A stretch of DNA of 64,000 nucleotides from Andalucia godoyi And28 (Eukaryota; Protista; Jakobida): assembly GCA_009859145.1 (NCBI GenBank), contig VRVR01000027.1:131409-195408 (forward strand). The letters are read 5' to 3'. Positions 1-11,483 of this stretch are shown piece after piece (position 1 is the first letter of the stretch; the number at the start of each line of letters is the position of its first letter). The position numbers and the translations under genes are program-made. The notes under the pieces are model-generated. The model saw nothing but the letters and a program-made list of their open reading frames with translations, was not told the DNA's origin and searched no databases.

Positions 1-1423
1 CATCTGGTGGATTTTTCGCGGAGTGGTCTCTATGGACAGAACCAAAAGGTGGATTTGCTGATCTGCATCGGTCGTCTAGCTCTGCGGCGACCCATATACT
101 CTGGATCAAGCATCGCCGGGGAACTCAAGGGATCCGATCGACTCGACGGCACACCAAAGTCCAAGCTCTCCGAGGCCATACAACAAGTGTATCAGCGATT
201 TGCGCACATTGTTCAGGAATCCGGAATTTCTCGCCGGGTTTGCTGGGGATGTGCGTGCAACCGGAATTTCATTGTTTTTGTTTGTTTGCGCATTTTCGAT
301 TCCGAGTCTGGATGGGACTATGAACTGCTGGAAACTGCGCCCATTGCACTTCAAGAGGACGGTATGAAAGGCCTTTGATTCTTGTTGTCCAGCGATCCAC
401 ATGCCTTGTGCGGTTGGAATGGTGCGCCGCCACCAGTTGTCTCTGAGTTGTCTTCTGGAATCGCGCGCTCGTTGTCCATTTCGTCGAGACTGGAATTGAC
501 TGGAATGCTGCAATGTGCACCGGTCCATGGTATCGGGAAGATGGATGCTGTGGAGCTGGCGACCGCGACTCTTGATGCGACGAACTCCATTGTTGTCAAG
601 TGTTTTCCGGCATCGAAGCAAGCGGAATGGACCACCGAACTTGGAGCACTGCAGGAACTTTCCAGAATCGACTGGGGCCGTCATCGTTTCTGTGTGCCCA
701 CTCTCTTGCATTCCGAACAGTCCGATCATGGAGCAATTCTGTGCACTGCGCCTGTAGGCGTGCCGTTGCCGCTTGCATCGTGTTATCCGGACCGCTCCCT
801 CGTTTTCTGCACGGAACTTTTGCAGCAGTTGACCAGCATCATACTACAGTGCAGCCAGAATGGCGTGCATCACATGGACATTGATTCGCAGAATGTGGTG
901 CTGTTGGAGGAGGCGCAAAGCGACTCTCTGTTTCCCATATGTTTGATTGACTGGGGCGGTGCGTCATTCATACAAAAGCGAAATGCAGAATTTCACTATC
1001 ACGCAGCCTTCTCGCCCGACTGGCTGGATGCGGTGGCATCGTTGGCCGATCTGTCCCGATGGCGAGCGACTGCAGGTCTGCTTGCAGCAGGCCATGTTGA
1101 CCACTATGTGCATCGCTTTCGACGACGTGCTCTCGTGGCTGCCGCCAATGGCAATCGTTCTTGATAAGAAAAACCTGCTACAGGATTCGCATACCCGTGT
1201 GCGAGCAAAAACGGAATTGTTTTCGATTCGAACGGAAATTGTCGCTCATCTCCTGGATGTCTCGCTTGACACGCCTGTTTTGAACGGCCTTGGACCTCTT
1301 CGTTTGTTTTTCCAGCAGCTGAGGGATGCGGTTCCATCACTTTTTGAACTGGAAGAGCGAAGTAGTGCAGACAATGCGATGGCAGTTCGAATACGAGAGT
1401 TTTGCGTGACATCGAGATTGTGA
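1..1423 (+). pseudogene. Restriction-endonuclease-like + protein-kinase-like protein (Crinkler/CR-effector-like architecture), 5'-partial, interrupted
   Basis: Frame is open to the window edge. KVDLLI...IAGELK resembles a PD-(D/E)xK motif; kinase motifs IVVKCF, HHMDIDSQNVVL, LIDWG follow. In-frame TGA at 376-378 aligns with TGC (Cys) in the paralog at 56769-58133. A +1 frameshift near 1021-1070 moves the C-terminus (RLQVCLQQ...) into ORF 947..1423. Confidence 0.65.
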
Positions 1424-1702
1424 ATGTTGGCGATCCCGAGAACGCAGGGTGCATCTGGCTACGTGTTATGGGTCTCTCTGACCCATGATTCTGCTCCGCG
1501 TTGGTTTACAATCTCATTCTGGTTCCATAGAGATCGTGTGAAAGGACAGAACATGATCGCGATATTGTCTTTCGAAATAAACAGTCATGTCCCGGCATAG
1601 ATGAAACTTGATCAATTTGGCCTGAGCGATGACAAAATGCGCTCTACAACGTTACAAAAAGAAGAGCACCATCATCTTCCACGGTTTATTTGAATCCTGG
1701 TT

Positions 1703-3305
1703 TCATCGACTTGCCGCACGGTCGTCCATACCTGGTCTCGTACCCTCATTGTAACCGTCTTCTCCCGTTTGTTGCGCCCATACCTCTGCCTCTGCCTCGA
1801 GGAATGCTTCTCGACACATTTCAAATTCCTCTACACTCTCAACTTTTCCGATTTCCTCAGCTTTCACCACGAGCGCTTCATTTTCCGAGCAAAGACGAAC
1901 CCATTTTCTTGTTCGTCGCGTTTCTTCATTGATGTATTCTTGCATGGCATCGCTCAACGTCGTCGGTGCTCCCACACGCAACTTGGCGTCGAGGAATGCA
2001 AGAAAAGACTCTGCTTGCATTGACCGTCTGCTTGGGGCAGTTTGTGCTCTCGGCTCGATTGTCGCGTCTTGAGCATCCGGATTTGTGTACGAAGAGCTCC
2101 TGTGTCGACCGCCTGTGCTCTCTCGAACTGTCATGGACGGATCAAAACCCTTCTTGGAGTGTAGCTTTCGTCGTGGCCAGACGCTCCCTCAAATTACTCT
2201 ATCGAGGCAAATCACAATCGGTCGCGACAATAGTATGGAATTAGAAACGCACATCGACCATTTTGCAGTAGATAGAGAATTGCGTCCTCCTGTGACGCAA
2301 CATCACCAGGTTGAATGCTTGAGGAGGGTCTCAACTCCCTGTCGCGATAGATGAACGCCATGACTTGCGTGCGCAATTTCCATACCTCTTCCATCTGTCA
2401 CCATTCGAACTTCAGATCTTCTTGAGACAGATCCTGAAATTTCAGCAGCCGATCCTGACAGACTCGTTGGAGAGACTGCATCATGAGCTCTACATCCTCG
2501 ATAATGTTGTTCCGAAATTGTCTCAGCGGCGCCAAGATGCCATCAGTACAACGCATTTCATCTTCTAATTTCTTTGTGAACTCATCTATTTTCGCTTCTT
2601 CTTCGATGCCGGACCGCTGGACCAAAGTAAAATAAAAAGATGCAGCAAAGTGTTTGACAACAAAATATTCGATGACACCCATCCAAACGTAAATGTCGCA
2701 CATGAACTTCATCTTTCCTCGATAGAATGCAGGAGTACGCTCACGCAGACATCGAGCAACCTCTGGAAACACGAGATGCGTTTCATAAAAGTCTTGGACA
2801 GAGGCAATGAATTGCGAATTCATCCACCGTTTCGCAGGCTTTTGTTCGAATGAAGAGGATTTGAGAAGTCTGTGTAATCTCTGAGTCACAGCTTTTGAAG
2901 AAATGCTTGTCAGCGTGCCGCGCATGAGTGCCACAGAATTCCACTTTTCGAGATGTGCAATGGATTGGCCGATTCCCTCGCAGCAAGCGCAGACGCATTG
3001 GACCACGAGATTGACTGGCTTCGACGAGTAAAGACACGACAACCGCGTGAGTTCGAAATGCTCAAACCCCGCATACTTGCAATGAGCGAAATAGGATGAT
3101 TGCGGATGTTCGTGAAGATACAAAAGTCTGGATTTCGAAAGCGAGAACAAATGTGGTGGAGAGCGGTGGGATGGCAAGAAACGCGGCTTTCTCCTTTTCG
3201 AACAGCCTTTGCTACAGGAGGAGCATATTCTTCATCCGATGACCATTGCCCCTCAGATTCATCTTCTGAGGATGAATGCTCCCCATGATCGTCATTCGAG
3301 GACAT
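1703..3305 (-). CDS. Hypothetical protein, probably multi-exon and/or interrupted; structure uncertain
   Basis: Acidic N-terminus MSSNDDHGEHSSSEDES from ATG 3305. Helical ORF 2398..3177 continues in frame through TGA 2398-2400 into ORF 2212..2394. ORF 1703..2134 lies on the same strand. Confidence 0.4.
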
Positions 3306-3710
3306 TTGGGAAATCTGAAAGAAAATTGAGAGGAAAAACTTGCTTCCTCGAGCACAATTCTCCGAGTTTTGAGGAAAGGTCGAAGTTGAGTACGCGTTCT
3401 GGGATTCCCAAGGATTGCGACTCATTTTTTCCCTCACTTTGAGCAAGATGCCAGAAAGCCGGCCAAGGTCCACTGCTGATCAGAAGCCGAACAAAAAATG
3501 TGCCAGCTGAAAATCCCCGCCACAGCCGGCGTGTTGTTCAAATTTCAATCCAACCTCGGCATCAAGTGAGGCGCGGCTTCCTGCTCGCAGCGAGTCCGCT
3601 CAGTGGTCAACTGGCACTCTTTGAAAAAGTTTCCCCGGGGCTTTCCAACTCTGAATCGTTTGTCGGTTGCGGGAAACCCCTCGTAAGTGGATTGTCGTAG
3701 CGTCATATTC

Positions 3711-5469
3711 ATGAAGCTGTCCTTCTCAACCTGGTGCCTAATATTGACGATTCTACATTGCGCTCATCTGGTTTCAAGTGCTGGTCTTACCTGGTCCATT
3801 CTTGCAAATTCAATACTGTCGCCGTCCCCTGCTCCCCGGCGTGACGCTGCCATTGGGCACTTGTCCGCTCTCAACAGTCTGATCCTGTTCGGTGGTCGCA
3901 CTGGTGGTGGACAAGCGCTTCGTGATACATGGCTATTCAACCTTGCGTCTCTAACTTGGAACGAACTTTCTTCCAATTCTTCGATGCTGAGCGGCTCTCC
4001 AGACGCTCGATTTTCGATGGTCTACGGGGTGTCGGGCACTGGCGCGTTCTACATTTGCACTGGGCAGACAAACGTTAACGGACGAGTGTTTTCAGACACG
4101 TGGATATTTTCTCCAGCATCTTTGCAATGGTCGGCAGTTTCTGTGCATGGCGACGTTCCCCCCGCGAGATACGGCTCCGCGGGAGGGTTCTTCCGCTCTC
4201 CCAATCAATATTTGCTTTTCCTTACTCACGGGTTTGACAAGAATGTTCAGCGATTCAGTGACTCCTATATCTTGGACACGACGACACGGGAATGGAGCAG
4301 AGTCGTGGAAGATCGGTCCAGCAATGCATACGATCCGCGGATGCCTCATGCACGATGTCTGCACTCCGGTGTTGCGATCGGGACCACTGAATTTTTGATT
4401 TTCGGAGGCTGTCTGAACGGTCAAGGATCTGCTGCGGGCCCTTGTCCTTCGAATGATGTGTGGATATTTTCCTCGAGTCGGAGATCTTGGAAACGAGGCG
4501 GACAGTATTCACAATCGCAGTTCGTTCCTACTCCAAGAGTGTATTCGTCCATGGTGTACTTCGCTCTGGCAGACACGGTTTTGGTCTATGGTGGTGACAC
4601 CAATGCTGGAAATATGATCCGCGCAGCGGCGACACCCACCGATGAAGTTATACTGATTGATGCCAGCGACGGTAACGCTCCCTTTCGTCGACGATCCGCC
4701 TCAAATCCGCCGCCTACCGTGCTTGTTGGCGCGTCGATGACAGTGGTGTATGTCTTTTCCCCATCCCGCTCTTCTATTTCCTTATCTCCTATCCCCGCCG
4801 TCATGTGCAATCCTGCTACTAATCCTTTTCCCAAGCGACAGAACGATGAACAACTCCGAGTTCGCTGTATTATATGGACTGTCCGGGTCGCTGTGGCGCC
4901 TATCTCTCTCGGGATCATTGAGCGATTCCCCTGCACTATCCGGGAGTAATTCGTACATTTCTTTTGTGATTCTTCACGGTGTATTTGCATTCATCGGCTG
5001 GGGAGTGCTGCTGCAAGCTGGTGCGTTGATTGCTCGATACGGAAAGCAGATGGTGGGAACGAAGCAGCCAGCGCTGTGGTTTCGGCTGCACCGAGGTCTG
5101 CAGATAACGGGGCTCACATTTGGGCTCGTAGCGTTTGTGCTCGGTGTCGTCTCGGCGTCTGGAGCAAAGCACTTTTCGTTTGCTCACGGAATCATAGGAC
5201 TTATTATCACGATTTTGGGTGTAACGCAACCATTGAATGCTCTGTTCCGACCGCATCCCGGGACTCCGAAGCGACTAGTTTGGAATTATCTGCATTGGGG
5301 AACTGGTCGTTTGGCCCTCATCTTGGCACTTGCCAATATTTCTCTTGGCTTGTTTCTTGCTGTGGCACCTGATCCTATTTGGATCGCATGGTTTTGCCTC
5401 GTTCTATTGCTCATCATCGGATACATCACGTTGGAAATTCGGAGAATTCGGTCTCTCAAACATCGTTAA
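3711..5469 (+). CDS. Signal peptide + Kelch-repeat beta-propeller + cytochrome b561-type transmembrane domain; one intron 4748-4835
   Basis: Kelch motifs (LILFGG, RYGSAG, FLIFGG, VLVYGG). The 88-nt intron GTATGT...TACTAAT...CCAAG joins ORFs 3687..4949 and 4750..5469 in frame. Four heme-ligand His contexts (LHGVF, LHRGLQ, AHGIIG, LHWGTG) lie within hydrophobic helices. Confidence 0.8.
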
Positions 5470-5666
5470 TAAAAGTAGGAGTCTCCTGCGTCTGGTCCGA
5501 TTTCTTTTTGGTGTCATGTCGAAGGATCGCTGGGAGCATTCGGAGCTGTAAATGCGCCCACGTGAGCTACTGAAATCGAACTCAAATTCGCTCAAAATCA
5601 ATTTCGGCAGCAGCAATTGTTTTACATTTACAAATTCCAGAGATTTGCTGTTGGTGACCAAAAGCC

Positions 5667-5886
5667 AATAACCATCATGTCTTCCGCACAAGCTACGGAC
5701 TACATGACGCCACCCGCCTGTTATGAGAATGTTCTCAGAGTATGGGCAATCACCACAACATAAAGAACAAAACAACACAGGTCTTCGACGGCCAGCTTCC
5801 CCTCGCTGAGCACCTTGGCTCCGTACCCGAAGGTCCGAACACCAGGACAATCGACATGTAGGCAAGCCACTCTGCGCCACCTTGGA
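5667..5886 (-). pseudogene. Degenerate internal fragment of an ABCB transporter gene
   Basis: Translates QGGAEWLAYMSIVLVF / GYGAKVLSEGKLAVEDL..FVLY..IAH / AEDMM with an 8-nt insertion and stop codons. Near-identical in nucleotide sequence to 30720-30780 of the ABCB gene. Confidence 0.8.
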
Positions 5887-5902
5887 CTAGGAAATTTCAA
5901 AA

Positions 5903-7581
5903 ATGGAGAGCCGAATTCGCCTTTTCCTCAGTCTTTGCAATCACGAAAGTCTCCCGAAGTGCCCTCGATTTCAGATAGAGGACTTTGGACACGACGGAAC
6001 CAAGGGAAGGTGCTGTTTGCATTACAGTGTGCCGAAAAGGAGGAAGCACAGCAGGAAGATCGTTGAATTGGATCTTTCGAAATGTTGGACAACATTTCCC
6101 CCAAACCAAGCCAACAGATTCGGCTTTCATACGAGCATTTGTGGCTCCCTCGACAGAATATTCAGATTCTTGTGTGGATTCCTCCAATCTGCTTGCATTC
6201 GTCTTTGGATAAGCAAGCAGATGTGGGTTGACGTTTTTTGAAAATGTCAGGTGTGTCCGACGATTCGTCCCGGGGACAGCTGCTCCTTGGGAGGTGTTGT
6301 TTCCGAATGCTTCTGTCTGCATTCCAGCAGAATGTAAACTCAGTGACCATAGAGCTTGTGAAGCGGTCAAGGGATTCAACAAAACCTGTCCCCGCCGGTA
6401 CCTCTTCCCTTCCTCTTTTCAGTTTATTTCTTTTTGATTACCATGTTACATTGATGTCTGCATTACAAAATAGTTTACTGATGAACAGGGCTGTTTCATA
6501 TCCACAGACGAACCATACGGATCCAAATGCACTCTCGAACTTGCTGAGCACAAATTGCTTGGTTCCCAGACTCCTTCCAAATCTCATTCTGGACCATGAC
6601 CTCTTCGAATTCGTGGACTTTTCTTCTGAAGAACTCGATGCTGTTTCTCCCCGGCATCGAGAATGCTGTCAACTTACGGATCTCTCCACGAACTGTGCTG
6701 CAGATTCTCAGACATGCTCCATTTCTGATTGCTCCCCAATGGTTCCTTGTATGGAAGCAGACGCCCAACTGTGACAACTCTCTTCTCCAGTGATCGCCTG
6801 TCAAGCGTACTCCGATTGTGCCCAAGACTGGGTCATCAGAGACTCGGCAGTCAGCAACGCTAGCATACACGTTCAGTCACGGTGTTCAAAGACGAACTTT
6901 CGAAACTGGACAGAGCCTTCTGGACCCTCAGACTTTTACAGAAACGCTGTCTCCAACAGGAATCTTTCAAAAACGCCCGACATCGATTTTGCGGATTTGC
7001 AATGGTACAAGACCTCCGTGTATTCTCTTCTTGTGTCTGTGGCGTTTCCAACATTCGATTTATACACCACTGTATCTCAGGAGGCCGTGGCTTCTCTTGG
7101 CTCTTTGCGGTGCTCGCTGGAGCTGACAAACGTCGATGGCAAAGTGATGAATCACGCACTGCTTCGTGATGGAAAGTCGACAACAGGAAACATTGTGTCA
7201 ACTGCAGAGGAGCATTCCATCTTTCCAGCAAGTCTTCTGGAATACCGATTAATTCAAAAGGAAACAAAGCAGAATACAGGATTTGTGACTTACCATGGCG
7301 TTGTGGGCCCGTTTCGCATTCTGTTGTATTCCACGTACTCAAAGGGAAAGTTGAGGCCAAATCGATTCAGGATGTCCGCCTTCGCAGACACGCATGCTCA
7401 AGACAGGCAACTGGAGACGTCCTCACCGAACTCGGAATCTGCAGACCTCCAATTCCTCTGTCAGATTTGGAGTCCCACTTTCTTCATCAAGAGCAAGAAG
7501 CCGATGCACACCGCAGCGAAACACAAGAGAATGGCACAAGGCGATTCTCACCATGGATTGTTTGGGCCAGCCGCAAAATAG
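5903..7581 (+). CDS. Cys-rich hypothetical protein, 4 exons (introns 6223-6250, 6398-6473, 6749-6790)
   Basis: Three GT-AG introns (28, 76, 42 nt) join ORFs 5903.., 6228.., 6238.. and 6790.. with consistent phases. The third intron has a clear pyrimidine tract and removes TGA 6772-6774. Confidence 0.55.
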
Positions 7582-7798
7582 AGACGAGAGCTGGAATCAT
7601 AAGAGCGATTGTGTGAATGCTTGGGTCTTCACTTGGATCAATTTGGTATTATTACATACATAAATCTGCTTATTCTTCCAGTCCATTCATTTTGCGGTCC
7701 AACAACACCGGTTGGCTCATTCAGTGTTGTGTGGTAAGCCTGTATAGCTGTAGTCGAGTATTCGTCAAATTCGTTGGTAGAGTGTCACGAATTATGAT

Positions 7799-8671
7799 TC
7801 ATGAATGGGTTTCCTGCTCATTCGAGCAATAACAAAAAGCGATACCGTCGAAGATGAAGCGTCGCAACTCGGACAGACTTCCAAAAGGACAGCGAAATGC
7901 CGAACAGTCGATCATGGTACTGTCGGAGCAGCGGTAATCGGTAAGCAAACTCTCTCTCTTTATCATTTTCGGCGGCAGGCGATGAAGCAACGGTCTGCAC
8001 AAGAGTCCCTCATTCTTGGTGAGACTCGTCTTCTCAGTCGAGAGATCTCCTGTACTGCTGCGCTTCAATAGCGAAACCACATCATTCACCGCACTTGCAA
8101 ATAGCTCGTCCACACTCCTCTCCAACTCGTGCGTTCCGATGCGAGTCAGAATCTCGCGACGAAATACGCGGATTCGAAACTGCGACACCTGGATCCCAGA
8201 AGGCGCTACACCAGACTCCACGACCAAGTCCAAAGGCGAAATCAAAGTATCTGCAAGACTAAACGGTACAGTTTGCAGGGCAGCTTTCCTCACGCGGTAC
8301 AGAGCATTACTGTTCACATATTCCAAAGGGTGGTTCCGCGTCGCACAAAACAATGAAGAGCAATGGACATGTGCGGATATGCAAGCCGCAAGCCATGAAG
8401 GATGGTTCTTCTGCAATCCAAAGGGCGAATTCTCTTCGATCATTCTTCTCCTGACTCGCTTGACACCAAGATGATTTCGAGATGATGGCGTGTTATTATC
8501 ATTCTCATCATCATCAATCTTCCTCTTCTTCTTGCGATCATGCTCTGCATGACCATCGTGCTCAGCCCAGTGCTCGTCGTCGTTATCGTCTGCATTGTCA
8601 TGCACGATTCTTGACTTCGATCCCGAAGTCGAAGACGAATTCGAGTCTTCCCGACCTCTTTTTGCATCCAC
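7799..8671 (-). CDS. Hypothetical protein with acidic/His-rich N-terminus and NLS-like RKKKRK
   Basis: 290-aa ORF with ATG start and low-complexity charged N-terminus; no family recognised. Confidence 0.5.
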   Translation of the reverse strand: MDAKRGREDSNSSSTSGSKSRIVHDNADDNDDEHWAEHDGHAEHDRKKKRKIDDDENDNNTPSSRNHLGVKRVRRRMIEENSPFGLQKNHPSWLAACISAHVHCSSLFCATRNHPLEYVNSNALYRVRKAALQTVPFSLADTLISPLDLVVESGVAPSGIQVSQFRIRVFRREILTRIGTHELERSVDELFASAVNDVVSLLKRSSTGDLSTEKTSLTKNEGLLCRPLLHRLPPKMIKRESLLTDYRCSDSTMIDCSAFRCPFGSLSELRRFIFDGIAFCYCSNEQETHS

Positions 8672-9081
8672 GAACTGCGCGCCTGACGATTGGAAAGCAC
8701 AGTTGGTGGAGATCGAGATGGAAGGTATCCCAGAATGAATTTGCAGGATTCGTGAAGCGTGCTAATCGAAGATGACGAGAAAGCTCTAGAGTTCAGAACA
8801 ACGTGGGAACAGGGACTGTTCAGAAGAGAGAAGAAATCATTGGTAGATGAAGTTCTAGGTGTTCTTTTTCTCGATGAAGAGCATTGGGAATGCTGAGACG
8901 ACGGCGACTGCCGAGATCGCTGTTGGTCAGTTATGTCTTCTTCACACGCGGGGTACGGTCTCTGTAGATGACGCTGGTACATGGGATACGAGGGATCCTG
9001 ATAGGATGGGTGGCACCTTTGTTCTAAAAGGAAAGGATTTCAAAGCAAAGCAGTGCATCGTCAATCGCGGGTGCTTGTCAA

Positions 9082-10536
9082 TCAGCCAAGCACACTGCAG
9101 CACACAACAGTGAGTGTGAATGCGACAACAGAAGTGACGGCAAGGATGCCAAAAACCGGATCAGTGGACTCCACATCCTGCCACGGAACATGAACATTCA
9201 TACCGAATGCCGAGGTCACGATTTTCAACAGAGGCATTCCTGTTGCAACAATTCCCATTCGCTTCATCCAATTATTCGTCATTTGCGAACTTCGCGACAC
9301 AGAAATCGACATTCGGGAGAGGTAGTTCGAATTGGCTTGGGTGAGCATTTCGCACGATCGCTCAATCTTGTGAAGGCAGGAATTAATGTGTTCGGACAAG
9401 CCCCGAAGGAGCAGTCTAGCACTGTCAGACGATTCCTTGCTAGACATCGAATAATCGTAATCGGACGTTTCGAGTGCATGAAGATTGATTGTCGATTCTA
9501 GATGTTCGTGAGATCGCGAATCGACCAAGTTGTCATCCTGCTGTGTGAGCCCAATCGCCGTCCACTTTGCTCTGGACAACTGCGAAACGATCTTTTGCTT
9601 TCCCGTCAACAGACGCCGCAGCACTACCAACTTCTTCCGTGAATTGTTGATTCGAAGAAGCAGATCAGATTGTTCCGATTCTGGCAATGCAAAAACCAGT
9701 TTTTCGATGCACTCGCATTCACACAATATTGCGTCAATCAGCGGAATGACCTCATCAACAAACACATCCAGGATGGAGAACAAGATATCAAAAGGTTTAT
9801 CAAAACCTTTGAAACGAAATCGAATCAGTACAGTACACAGACCGGGAATCGGTTCCGCGTGAATTGTGACTACGATACGGTTCATCAGAATGAAGTGCAC
9901 TGGAACACAGTGTTCCACATCATCGGCATCATGTTGCAACGGACGAACAAGAATCGACGAACATGCATCGTTTTCAATAGGAAACGTTTCAAACTTTTCA
10001 GTCACATCAAAATCCAAGCAGTCTTCCATCGTGAGTTCACGCAAGGCCAGCAGACGACCGAGGAGTTGGAAATCAACACTATCAGTCGTCTGAACATCAA
10101 TCCAGTGGCAAACTCTCGACGACCGATCACTTGCACAAGAAACAATCAACGCAGAGTGAGCTTCCACAAACCCTCGGCACGAATCATAAAAAAGAGGTTC
10201 TGAAGATGACGAAGAAAGATACATGACGTGCGAACCATCTGCCAGAAGTGTCTCAAAAGTGTGGTCATGATCAACTCCGCCGTTGTAGAAAACAGATGCC
10301 AAAGACATGTGGCGATTCAATTTTGGAGAGTGTTTGCAGTCCTCAACCGTAGAGGAGCGAAAAGATGGAATCGCTGTATCCCCACCACGAATTGCAGCAG
10401 CCGCCAGTTCCATTCTCGTCGTGTCCTCCTCATCAGCATTTCCTACAGGGAATGCTACGAATCGTTGCGGATTGTTTTCAGAGGGCTCCGAAGAATGTGC
10501 TTCCGCCCTGTCGGAAACTGGACAGCAGGAAGACAT
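9082..10536 (-). CDS. corA: CorA/ALR-family Mg2+ transporter (paralog 1)
   Basis: CHWIDVQT motif, long coiled-coil region, and two C-terminal TM helices with FGMN signature. ORF 9082..10596; probable ATG at 10536. Confidence 0.88.
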   Translation of the reverse strand: MSSCCPVSDRAEAHSSEPSENNPQRFVAFPVGNADEEDTTRMELAAAAIRGGDTAIPSFRSSTVEDCKHSPKLNRHMSLASVFYNGGVDHDHTFETLLADGSHVMYLSSSSSEPLFYDSCRGFVEAHSALIVSCASDRSSRVCHWIDVQTTDSVDFQLLGRLLALRELTMEDCLDFDVTEKFETFPIENDACSSILVRPLQHDADDVEHCVPVHFILMNRIVVTIHAEPIPGLCTVLIRFRFKGFDKPFDILFSILDVFVDEVIPLIDAILCECECIEKLVFALPESEQSDLLLRINNSRKKLVVLRRLLTGKQKIVSQLSRAKWTAIGLTQQDDNLVDSRSHEHLESTINLHALETSDYDYSMSSKESSDSARLLLRGLSEHINSCLHKIERSCEMLTQANSNYLSRMSISVSRSSQMTNNWMKRMGIVATGMPLLKIVTSAFGMNVHVPWQDVESTDPVFGILAVTSVVAFTLTVVCCSVLG

Positions 10537-10754
10537 TTCGGACTGGCTGCTTCCCAAGAAGAAACTGGTGAAAAAAAGACAAACACGAAGCAGCACTGTG
10601 CTGGAAAAGCGAGTTCATGCCGATGAAGCTGAGAGGGTTTGAGGCCACAACGCTTGACCTGTTGAACCAGTGCTGTCCAAGCAGTCGGAACGGGCTTCTT
10701 CCCGATTTAATTGCGAATCTTCGTCAATCCAAATTTGTACATTGATTTACCCAA

Positions 10755-11072
10755 ATGAGAATCAAATTGACCATACAGGGAGAAGTTCCACCTGCTACCC
10801 GACTTCCACTGCAATTTCGGGCGACCGCACAGATGTGCAAAACTGCCAAAAACGCTATCTGCGCGACAGTGGAAGACGGGGTTCTCGTGAAAATACAGTA
10901 TTCAATCAAATTCTCGAACGCAGTGTTCTCAAGGGAACACAACGTGCCAGATACTTGTGCTGTTCGACAAGTGTTGCCGATAGTTCAGTACCGGTACAAG
11001 CACGTGAGAAACGGTGGTGTTGGGAAGGCAGGCAATCCTCTCGGAGATTGCACCTGCGTGATGCTTGTTTGA
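10755..11072 (+). CDS. Small hypothetical protein (105 aa)
   Basis: ATG-initiated ORF in the gap between CorA and Myb genes; composition is protein-like but no motif recognised. Confidence 0.3.
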   Translation: MRIKLTIQGEVPPATRLPLQFRATAQMCKTAKNAICATVEDGVLVKIQYSIKFSNAVFSREHNVPDTCAVRQVLPIVQYRYKHVRNGGVGKAGNPLGDCTCVMLV

Positions 11073-11483
11073 AGTCTTGAGACGGGGCGATATTCATGGC
11101 CAATCAGTCGTAATTCCTGTGTAGGCACAGACTCGGACTGCACCACGGCATCGAATACACGATTGACTGCGACGATCGGCAAAATAGGAAGGAAACCGTT
11201 TCATAAACGCCCTCGATCCGGCTGTGTACCCGTTTGGATGTGGGTGATTCCGGAATTGGGAACCCCGGATCACCGTAGGAGCTCCATCGGCAGAATTCGA
11301 TTTGTCGCTTCTGCGACGGGCCTGGAAAAACCCAGTGTGGAATTGATCTGTGCAATGAAAAGCAGCAGCGCTGTCCATTTGTCAAGCACAAAATTTCAAA
11401 GGTGGGATACGTCGCTCCTTCGTACGTTCTACGTGCTTTCCTGTGAATTTATAACAGCGGATTTGCTTCTTCTAAGAGTGATC

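Noticed and set aside
6772-6774. Apparent TGA readthrough between ORFs 6238..6774 and 6790..7581
   Set aside because: Explained by a 42-nt GTATGG...TTCTCCAG intron with a clear pyrimidine tract.
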